DNA of 64,000 bases, from NCBI GenBank assembly GCA_002269645.1, contig NIVC01000127.1:310001-374000 (forward strand), given 5' to 3'. Source of the stretch: Macrostomum lignano (lineage: Eukaryota). The notes under the pieces were generated by a model. The model searched no databases. It was not told where the DNA came from and saw nothing but the letters and a program-made list of their open reading frames with translations. Position numbers and translations under genes: made by a program. Below, piece by piece: positions 13,901 to 24,100 of the stretch. Every line of letters starts with the position of its first letter. Position 1 is the stretch's first letter.

Positions 13901-15021
13901 CAATCAGCATAAATCCTAAATCCTAGATACGGACGCAGTCATACGCGCAGGCACACTCACACAGGAGTTTACAGCGGCCCTGAATTTATTTATCGTTAGG
14001 CATGTACACTTCACTGTGCCTTTTGGTTTGGCCCTCAAGGGCGCTAATTGCACGGGCAGAGCCAAGCCGAGATTTCAGTTTAGCAGACTACGGCCCCCCA
14101 ATATGAAGATCCGACCATCCCGGAACTGCGCTGTCGCACCTGTCCGAGTCTCCGAAGCAGCAGCCGCAGCGCGGGCTCCGGCCAGCCGCCCTCGGCCGCA
14201 CAGTCCAGCGCCGCCGTCCCCGGCACCGACTGGTTGACGATTGCGCGAACCTCCGTCGGCGGATGGGCGACGTTCAGGACGGCCAGGCCGACGCCGACCC
14301 CACCGGCTGCGTTGGTCACCGAGCAGTGATAGTGGCCGGCGTCTGTCCGGCTCAGGTTGCTTAGCAACAGCCGCGACTCTGTGCCGTCCACTGATTGGAC
14401 GGTGGCGGCACCGGCCGGCAGCGGACGGCCGTCGGCGCGCGACCAGACGAAGCTCAGGCCGGCAGCCGCGGCACGGAAGGCTGCGCACCGGCCCACGGCC
14501 TGGCCGGTTTCCATGGCTACGGCCGGATCGAAGGCGGCCAGCCGGACGCCCGGGTCGGACAGGACCCTCAGGCTGGCCGGCGGCTGGCTGGAGTCGCCGG
14601 CGTGTCGGCAGCTCCAGTAGCCGTCGAAATCGGCGGCGGCGGCCTCCGTGATGGTGTACAGGAAGCTGCGGGGCCCGGCCTGCTGGCAGAACAGGCGCAG
14701 CAGAGCCGGCCGCTCCGGGCAGGTGTGCACCGAGTCGGAGCACACTCGGTGGCAGTTCTCGAAGCAGGCTGAGCCTGAGGCGGCGCTATCCTCTGCGGCG
14801 CTGTCACCGACAAACGGCGCCGGGCAGAAGAGCCGGACGGAGAAGCTGCTGGAGTTGACGCCTGGAGCCAATTCGCAGGCAAACTGCAGGCTGGCGCCCT
14901 GGCGAACGAAAGCGCTGGAGGCTGGGACGCTGGAGTTGATGAGGAATTGGCCCGTGATTGCCGGTGAAACCACGTGCGGCAGAGCGCACAAGAGCAGGAT
15001 GAGGCGAAGAGGCGGCTGCAT
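7937..15021 (-). CDS. Nephrin/echinoid-like immunoglobulin-superfamily adhesion receptor (signal peptide, about 7 Ig domains, FN3, TM, Pro/Gln-rich tail ending EHYV); exons 15021-14140, 13571-13083, 12667-11180, 10043-9580, 8180-7937; about 1188 aa
   Basis: Signal peptide MQPPLRLILLLCALPHVVSP. Ig Cys/Trp motifs (FACEL..YWSC, DAGHYHCSVTN, LLCRADSANPAASISW, YRCRA). FN3 (YELRMRAENELGTS). TM GLGASVAVLLVGGVAFFVAAA. All four introns are GT-AG with matching phases (0,0,0,2). Confidence 0.88.
8277..9557. repeat. 19/21-bp minisatellite aactggcactgatctatctct(ga), Ig gene intron 4
   Basis: Tandem units visible. Confidence 0.95.
10100..11160. repeat. Minisatellite ctgtagataacagtgaggt / ctgtagatagca, Ig gene intron 3
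   Basis: Tandem units visible; source of the spurious long ORFs at 9488-12667 and 9781-10968. Confidence 0.95.
12695..13040. repeat. 11-bp minisatellite agctgatctac, Ig gene intron 2
   Basis: Tandem units visible. Confidence 0.95.
13645..13890. repeat. 6-7-bp-based repeat (cccaat/ccgaat/cccagtt), Ig gene intron 1
   Basis: Tandem units visible. Confidence 0.9.
13927..14085 (-). mobile_element. Truncated copy of the same SINE family, in intron 1 of the Ig gene
   Basis: Near-identical to 29240-29390 (cactcacacagg..tacagcggccct..atcgttaggcatgtacacttcactg..gcagagccaagccgagatt). Confidence 0.8.
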
Positions 15022-15221
15022 GGGTGTGGCGGCTGAATAAAATTCTTTGAGAAATTTGCTTTACTGAGCGCTCCTTTTATATATAGGCGCCTGTCAGGGC
15101 AGACCCTTGATCCACTTACTACTGCTTTCGTTCAGTAGTAGTATATATAAATTGTATTCATATTTAGAGCTGTAGAGAGACAGCCATGAAAGAGCCTGTC
15201 TAACAACCGGTTCGCCTGCAC

Positions 15222-18200
15222 AACTGAATGACTTGCCCACTCACTGAATGACTTGCCCACTCACTGAATGACTTGCCCACTCACTGAATGACTTGCCCAC
15301 TCACTGAATGACTTGCCCACTCACTGAATGACTTGCCCACTCACTGAATGACTTGCCCACTCACTGAATGACTTGCCCACTCACTGAATGACTTGCCCAC
15401 TCACTGAATGACTTGCCCACTCACTGAATGACTTGCCCACTCACTGAATGACTTGCCCACTCACTGAATGACTTGCCCACTCACTGAATGACTTGCCCAC
15501 TCACTGAATGACTTGCCCACTCACTGAATGACTTGCCCACTCACTGAATGACTTGCCCACTCACTAAATGACTTGCCCACTCACTGAATGACTTGCCCAC
15601 TCACTGAATGACTTGCCCACTCACTGAATGACTTGCCCACTCACTGAATGACTTGCCCACTCACTGAATGACTTGCCCACTCACTGAATGACTTGCCCAC
15701 TCACTGAATGACTTGCCCACTCACTGAATGACTTGACCACTCACTAAATGACTTGCCCACGCACTAAATGACTTGCCCACTCACTGAATGACTTGCCCAC
15801 TCACTGAATGACTTGCCCACTCACTGAATGACTTGCCCACTCACTGAATGACTTGCCCACTCACTGAATGACTTTCCCACTCACTGAATGACTTGCCCAC
15901 TCACTGAATGACTTGCCCACTCACTGAATGACTTGCCCACTCACTGAATGACTTGCCCACTCACTGAATGACTTGCCCACTCACTGAATGACTTGCCCAC
16001 TCACTGAATGACTTGCCCACTCACTGAATGACTTGCCCACTCACTGAATGACTTGCCCACTCACTGAATGACTTGCCCACTCACTGAATGACTTGCCCAC
16101 TCACTGAATGACTTGCCCACTCACTGAATGACTTGCCCACTCACTGAATGACTTGCCCACTCACTGAATGACTTGCCCACTCACTGAATGACTTGCCCAC
16201 TCACTGAATGACTTGCCCACTCACTGAATGACTTGCCCACTCACTGAATGACTTGCCCACTCACTGAATGACTTGCCCACTCACTGAATGACTTGCCCAC
16301 TCACTGAATGACTTGCCCACTCACTGAATGACTTGCCCACTCACTGAATGACTTGCCCACTCACTAAATGACTTGCCCACTCACTGAATGACTTGCCCAC
16401 TCACTGAATAACCTGTCCACTCACTGAATGACTTTCCCACTCACTGAATGACTTGCCCACTCACTGAATGACTTTCCCACTCACTGAATGACTTGCCCAC
16501 TCACTGAATGACCTGTCCACTCACTGAATGACCTGTCCACTGACCTGTCCACCATTGAATGACCTGTCCACTCACTGAATGACCTGTCCACTGACCTGTC
16601 CACCACTGAATGACCTGTCCACTCACTGAATGACCTGTCCACTCACTGAATGACCTGTCCACTGACCTGTCCACCACTGAATGACCTGTCCACTCACTGA
16701 ATGACCTGTCCACTCACTGAATGACTTGCCCACTCACTGAATGACTTTCCCACTCACTGAATGACCTGTCCACTCACTGAATGACTTGCCCACTCACTGA
16801 ATGACTTGCCCACTCACTGAATGACTTGCCCACTCACTGAATGACCTGTTCACTCACTGAATGACCTGTCCACTCACTGAATGACCTGTCCACTGACCTG
16901 TCCACCACTGAATGACCTGTCCACTCACTGAATGACCTGTCCACTCACTGAATGACTTGCCCACTCACTGAATGACTTGCCCACTCACTGAATGACTTGC
17001 CCACTCACTGAATGACTTGCCCACTCACTGAATGACTTGCCCACTCACTGAATGACTTGCCCACTCACTGAATGACTTGCCCACTCACTGAATGACTTGC
17101 CCACTCACTGAATGACTTGCCCACTCACTGAATGACTTGCCCACTCACTGAATGACTTGCCCACTCACTGAATGACTTGCCCACTCACTGAATGACTTGC
17201 CCACTCACTGAATGACTTGCCCACTCACTGAATGACTTGCCCACTCACTGAATGACTTGCCCACTCACTGAATGACTTGCCCACTCACTAAATGACTTGC
17301 CCACTCACTGAATGACTTGCCCACTCACTGAATAACCTGTCCACTCACTGAATGACTTTCCCACTCACTGAATGACTTGCCCACTCACTGAATGACTTTC
17401 CCACTCACTGAATGACTTGCCCACTCACTGAATGACCTGTCCACTCACTGAATGACCTGTTCACTCACTGAATGACCTGTCCACTCACTGAATGACCTGT
17501 CCACTGACCTGTCCACCACTGAATGACCTGTCCACTCACTGAATGACCTGTCCACTCACTGAATGACCTGTCCACTGACCTGTCCACCACTGAATGACCT
17601 GTCCACTCACTGAATGACCTGTCCACTCACTGAATGACTTGCCCACTCACTGAATGACTTGCCCACTCACTGAATGACTTGCCCACTCACTGAATGACTT
17701 GCCCACTCACTGAATGACTTGCCCACTCACTGAATGACTTGCCCACTCACTGAATGACTTGCCCACTCACTGAATGACTTGCCCACTCACTGAATGACTT
17801 GCCCACTCACTGAATGACTTGCCCACTCACTGAATGACTTGCCCACTCACTGAATGACTTGCCCACTCACTGAATGACTTGCCCACTCACTGAATGACTT
17901 GCCCACTCACTGAATGACTTGCCCACTCACTGAATGACTTGCCCACTCACTGAATGACTTGCCCACTCACTGAATGACTTGCTCACTCACTGAATGACTT
18001 GCCCACTCACTGAATGACTTGCCCACTCACTGAATGACTTGCCCACTCACTGAATGACTTGCCCACTCACTGAATGACTTGCCCACTCACTGAATGACTT
18101 GCCCACTCACTGAATGACTTGCCCACTCACTGAATGACTTGCCCACTCACTGAATGACTTGCCCACTCACTGAATGACTTGCCCACTCACTGAATGACTT

Positions 18201-19240
18201 GCCCACTCACTGAATGACTTGCCCACTCACTGAATGACTTGCCCACTCACTGAATGACTTGCCCACTCACTGAATGACCTGTCCACTCACTGAATGACTT
18301 GCCCACTCACTGAATGACTTGCCCACTCACTGAATGACTTGCCCACTCACTGAATGACTTGCCCACTCACTGAATGACTTGCCCACTCACTGAATGACTT
18401 GCCCACTCACTGAATGACTTGCCCACTCACTAAATGACTTGCCCACTCACTGAATGACTTGCCCACTCACTGAATAACCTGTCCACTCACTGAATGACTT
18501 GCCCACTCACTGAATGACTTGCCCACTCACTGAATGACTTTCCCACTCACTGAATGACTTGCCCACTCACTGAATGACTTGCCCACTCACTGAATGACCT
18601 GTCCACTCACTGAATGACCTGTCCACTGACCTGTCCACCATTGAATGACCTGTCCACTCACTGAATGACCTGTCTACTGACCTGTCCACCACTGAATGAC
18701 CTGTCCACTCACTGAATGACCTGTCCACTCACTGAATGACCTGTCCACTGACCTGTCCACCACTGAATGACCTGTCCACTCACTGAATGACCTGTCCACT
18801 CACTGAATGACTTGCCCACTCACTGAATGACTTTCCCACTCACTGAATGACCTGTCCACTCACTGAATGACTTGCCCACTCACTGAATGACTTGCCCACT
18901 CACTGAATGACCTGTCCACTCACTGAATGACCTGTTCACTCACTGAATGACCTGTCCACTCACTGAATGACCTGTCCACTGACCTGTCCACCACTGAATG
19001 ACCTGTCCACTCACTGAATGACCTGTCCACTCACTGAATGACCTGTCCACTCACTGAATGACCTGTCCACTCACTGAATGACCTGTCCACTCACTGAATG
19101 ACCTGTCCACTCACTGAATGACCTGTCCACTCACTGAATGACCTGTCCACTCACTGAATGACCTGTCCACTCACTGAATGACCTGTCCACTCACTGAATG
19201 ACCTGTCCACTCACTGAATGACCTGTCCACTCACTGAATG
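15222..19240. repeat. About 4-kb 20-bp minisatellite actgaatgacttgcccactc with higher-order variant blocks
   Basis: Roughly 200 units. The same family occurs at 39513-40785. Confidence 0.97.
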
Positions 19241-19244
19241 AATA

Positions 19245-19440
19245 AATGCCCACCCCTATCTCCCACTGCTCACCCCTATCTCCCACAGCTCACCCCATCT
19301 CTCACTGCTCACCCCATGTCTCACTGCTCACCCCATCTCTCACTGCTCACCCCATCTCCCACTGCTCACCCCATTCTACCCCCTGACACCTCTATGACCT
19401 GACACCTCTGTCCCCCTGAAACTTCAATCCCCGACATCTT
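19245..19440. repeat. Short C-rich tandem (caccccatctcccactgct)
   Basis: Degenerate tandem units visible. Confidence 0.75.
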
Positions 19441-20756
19441 TATCCGGCTCCACTCATGGACTCATCATCACAGCCGATGTTAATGACAGCTTCATTAAGC
19501 CTCCCCTTTTTCCGTGCAAGGTGCTAACTTCTCTTGAATCTCCATTTAAATAAAGTTCGGGAGAAATCACACAATACGCAAGAGACCGGAAGTCATCTAA
19601 AAAAGCTCTGTCCGCAGAAGTTACTGTAAATCTTTTAAACTCAAATATCGAATGTATATTTGTGTTTACAAAAAGTCTAAACTTACTACACAGGAGGTCT
19701 TCGGCATCTCGGGTACAAAAGTTCGTACATGATTGCTTCAGCAGTAATTTTATAATATATAAAATCGATACCCGATACTTTAACAGCCGTAAGTTTGCAA
19801 GTTTCGTTTAAACACTGGCTGAATATTTGTGTACGAGCTACATAATAACTGCCTTATTAAAAGTCCAAAGTAAGCATGCAATTTTTTTGCAAATTCGAAT
19901 ATTTGTGAAAATTAGTTTAATAATTAATACGCCAGCTCCAAAGCACTTCGTTTTCGAGCATTGAATCCTTTAAATTTTATCAAGAATTTTTTGTTATTTA
20001 AAACAAAATAAAAAACTTTATAATAAAAGTTCCTAGAATATTATTAATGTTTGATACAAATGGTAAAAGCAACAAAACTGTTGGACATATTTCTGACAAA
20101 ATTACATATTATATTAGCCAACAACTATTTTGATGTTTGACCTCAATCACAATCTCTATTTAGTAGCAAAGGACCTTCTTGAGGAAGGAAGAATCTTCTT
20201 CTAGTGGTCCTTGTTTAGTAGATTAATATATTAATTCATATAAACAAAGAATAATCAAATATAATCAAAATAAAGGATAGATAAAGCATGTACTAGATAA
20301 CTTTTTGCAAGAGTAATCAATCAGATAAATTCATTAATCATTATTAATTTTTAATTTGATTATGTAAAAATATTACATCTACTGATATAAAAATTGATCG
20401 AGAATATTTAACTGCTCAGAAGCAAAACTGATCAAGAAAATAAATCAGTTATTTAGCTACTTAAATTCAAAATATTAATTTTGACGACGGGGTATTCATA
20501 GACACAACACTTAAAATGTGAGGAAAGGAAAGCAGAAAAAATTGTGTTGTTGCTACTCACTTTTTGTGCCTTTTGCGCGTTTTCGTCGGTTATAAGATTA
20601 AAATTTTATACCGGTAAAAACCAAGCTCTCTTCCTTTCATTAAATAGATTGTTCCTCTTGCCACAAATAATAGAACAAATCCTCGCCCCATTTACATGTA
20701 CGTGTGAGCACACTTAGTCAGTTATTAGTTTAAAGTCAATTATCATCGAAAACTGC

Positions 20757-21118
20757 CACCAACAGAAAGCGGAGGAAAAAATCCGGAGAATTCAGACCAA
20801 TCAGAAAGCGGAGGAAAAATCCGGAAAATTCAGACCAATCAGAAAGCGGAGAAAAAATCCGGAGAACTCAGGCCAATCAGAAAGCGGATGAAAAATCCGG
20901 AGAATTCAGACCAATCAGAAAGCGGAGGAAAAAATCCGGAGAATTCAGACCAATCAGAAAGCGGAGGAAAAATCCGGAGAACTCAGGCCAATCAGAAAGC
21001 GGAGGAAAAAATCCGGAGAATTCAGACCAATCAGAAAGCGGAGAAAAAATCCGGAGAACTCAGGCCAATCAGAAAGCGGATGAAAAATCCGGAAAATTCA
21101 GACCAATCAGAAAGCGGC
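20757..21118. repeat. About 39-bp minisatellite gaccaatcagaaagcggaggaaaaatccggagaattca overlapping the TRPM stop codon
   Basis: About 9 units; the last unit overlaps GCT TTC TGA of the TRPM CDS. Confidence 0.93.
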
Positions 21119-24100
21119 ACCGTGGTGCTGCGCGGCCAGTCTCAGCAGCATTCGCTCGGTGGAGCCCAGCATTCGCCTGTTGGCCAAATCCGTCCAAGCC
21201 GGCTGATCGACCTCGCCGAAAACGGTGGCCGCCGCCAGCAGCTGGTCGCCCATGCTTGAAGTGTAATTCTCGTGCACGTTGACGCAGGCCAGCTCAAGCC
21301 AGGCGTTGCTACCCGGATGCGATGGCGGCGAGACACCGGTGTAGAGCTGGTGGCGGGGAGCAGCAGTGTAAATCGAAACGTTTAATGCCTTGGGCAAAAA
21401 ACAAAAACCTCCCTTTGTGACCATAGACTATTCGATTCTAGAATTAATCTCTAATACCGTGTCCATACCCTCTCCACCGTGTCCATACCCTCTCCACCGT
21501 GTCCATATACCCTCTCCACCGTGTCCATATACCCTCTCCACCGTGTCCATACCCTCTCCACCGTGTCCATACCCTCTCCACCGTGTCCATACCCTCTCCA
21601 CCGTGTCCATACCCTCTCCACCGTGTCCATACCCTCTCCATTGTGTCCATACCCTCTCCACCGTGTCCATGTACCCTCTCCACCGTGTCCATACCCTCTC
21701 CACCGTGTCCATACCCTCTCCACCGTGTCCATATACCCTCTCCACCGTGTCCATATACCCTCTCCACTGTGTCCATACCCTCTCCACCGTGTCCATACCC
21801 TCTCCATTGTGTCCATACCCTCTCCACCGTGTCCATACCCTCTCCACCGTGTCCATATACCCTCTCCACCGTGTCCATACCCTCTCCACTGTGTCCATAC
21901 CCTCTCCACCGTGTCCATACCCTCTCCATTGTGTCCATACCCTCTCCACCGTGTGCATACCCTCTCCACCGTGTCCATGTACCCTCTCCACCGTGTCCAT
22001 GTACCCTCTCCACCGTGTCCATACCCTCTCCATTGTGTCCATACCCTCTCCACCGTGTCCATACCCTCTCCACCGTGTCCATACCCTCTCCACCGTGTCC
22101 ATACCCTCTCCACCGTGTCCATACCCTCTCCACCGTGTCCATACCCTCTCCACCGTGTCCATACCCTCTCCACCGTGTCCATATACCCTCTCCACCGTGT
22201 CCATACCCTCTCCATTGTGTCATACCCTCTCCACCGTGTCCATACCCTCTCCATTGTGTCCATACCCTCTCCACCGTGTCCATACCCTCTCCATTGTGTC
22301 CATACCCTCTACACCGTGTCCATACCCTCTCCACCGTGTCCATACCCTCTCCATTGTGTCCATACCCTCTCCACCGTGTCCATACCCTCTCCATTCTCAC
22401 TGCTTATTCTAGTTAATTTCAGCCAGTGCTTCAGTATCCGTAGTTGAAATCAATGAGCTCTTCAACTGCTCACCGTCTTGGTTGAGGCTTGCCGCAGGCT
22501 GCTCAATCTGCGGTCCAGCTGCCTGCGCCCGTCTGGGCGGCCGCGCGACTCGGCGACCAGAGCCTCCTGCAGCCAGCCCATCGCCAGCTGCTCGTTGCAG
22601 GTGGCGGCTGCCGACTCTGCCGAGCCGCATCGTTCGGGATGCTTGATCAGGAACTGGGGGCGAGCGGCCGGGGTTCGGGTCGTGTGCTTGGACCCACCAG
22701 TCATTGACTTCTCACATTAAATCTCAAAATCCCACACCCTCGATCGAAAATCCCACACCCTCAATCGAAAACCCCACGCTCTCAATCGAAAATCCCACAC
22801 CCTCAATCGAAAACCCCACGCTCTCTATCGAAAATCCCACACCCTCAATCGAAAATCCCACACCCTCAATCGAAAATCCCACACCCTCAATCGAAAATCC
22901 CACACCCTCAATCGAAAACCCCACGCTCTCAATCGAAAATCCCACACCCTCAATCGAAAATCCCACACCCTCAATCGAAAATCCCACACCCTCAATCGAA
23001 AACCCCACGCTCTCAATCGAAAATCCCACACCCTCAATCGAAAACCCCACACCCTCAATCGAAAATCCCACACCCTCAATCGAAAATCCCACACCCTCAA
23101 TCGAAAATCCCACACCCTCAATCGAAAATCCCACACCCTCAATCGAAAACCCCACGCTCTCAATCGAAAATCCCACACCCTCAATCGAAAACCCCACACC
23201 CTCAATCGAAAATCCCACACCCTCAATCGAAAATCCCACACCCTCAATCGAAAATCCCACACCCTCAATCGAAAACCCCACGCTCTCAATCGAAAATCCC
23301 ACACCCTCAATCGAAAATCCCACACCCTCAATCGAAAATCCCACACCCTCAATCGAAAATCCCACACCCTCAATCGAAAATCCCACACCCTCAATCGAAA
23401 ACCCCACACCTTCAGTCAAAAGTCCCACACCCTCCAGAACGGAAATCCCATTCGCTCACCCAAGGCAGCAGGTGCTCAGCCATGCTGACATATTGCAGCA
23501 CCTTCTGGCTTCCCTTCTTCACCAAATTGTGCTTGTCGTCCCGTTTCCATCTGGTGATGAGCACCACCAGTCCGTGATTTGGTCCCCACAGAGGCAGCGG
23601 TCCTCGACTGGGCGGTCCAGTGGCGGCCGCGGTATCCTGCGTCGGCGGCGGCAGCGGCCAGCCATCGTCAGTCAGCGGGAAGCCGCCAACCAGCAGAGAG
23701 CGGCGGCTGAAGCCGCGAGCCCGGTCGAATGAATTGAACACTCGACGGCGATTCTCTGGTGTGGTGGCCGTGAGGCTGGGCTCGTCTCGCTGCCACTCCT
23801 GCCAGCTCGCATCGTCTGGGGCCGATGGCTGCGGAATTGGGGAAACAGCTGCCCTTGTCTGTGCCTTGTCCGTGTCTTGTCTGTGCCATGTCTGTGTCAT
23901 GTCTGTGCCATGTCTGTGTCATGTCTGTGCCTTGTCTGTGCCTTGTCCGTGTCTTGTCTGTGTCTTGTCTGCGCCATGTCTGTGCCATGTCTGTGTCATG
24001 TCTGTGCCTTGTCTGTGCCTTGTCTGTGTCTTGTCCGTGTCTTGTCTGTGCCTTGTCTGTGCCTTGTCTGTGTCTTGTCTGTGTCTTGTCCGTGTCTTGT

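Noticed and set aside
11181-14989. Numerous antisense and alternative-frame Arg/Pro/Ala-rich ORFs over the Ig exons
   Set aside because: Expected shadow ORFs of very GC-rich coding sequence, with no recognisable motifs.
21390-23732. Pro/His-rich, TPSIENP and Gly/Trp-rich repeat ORFs (mucin/extensin-like)
   Set aside because: Translations of intronic 20-21-bp minisatellites.
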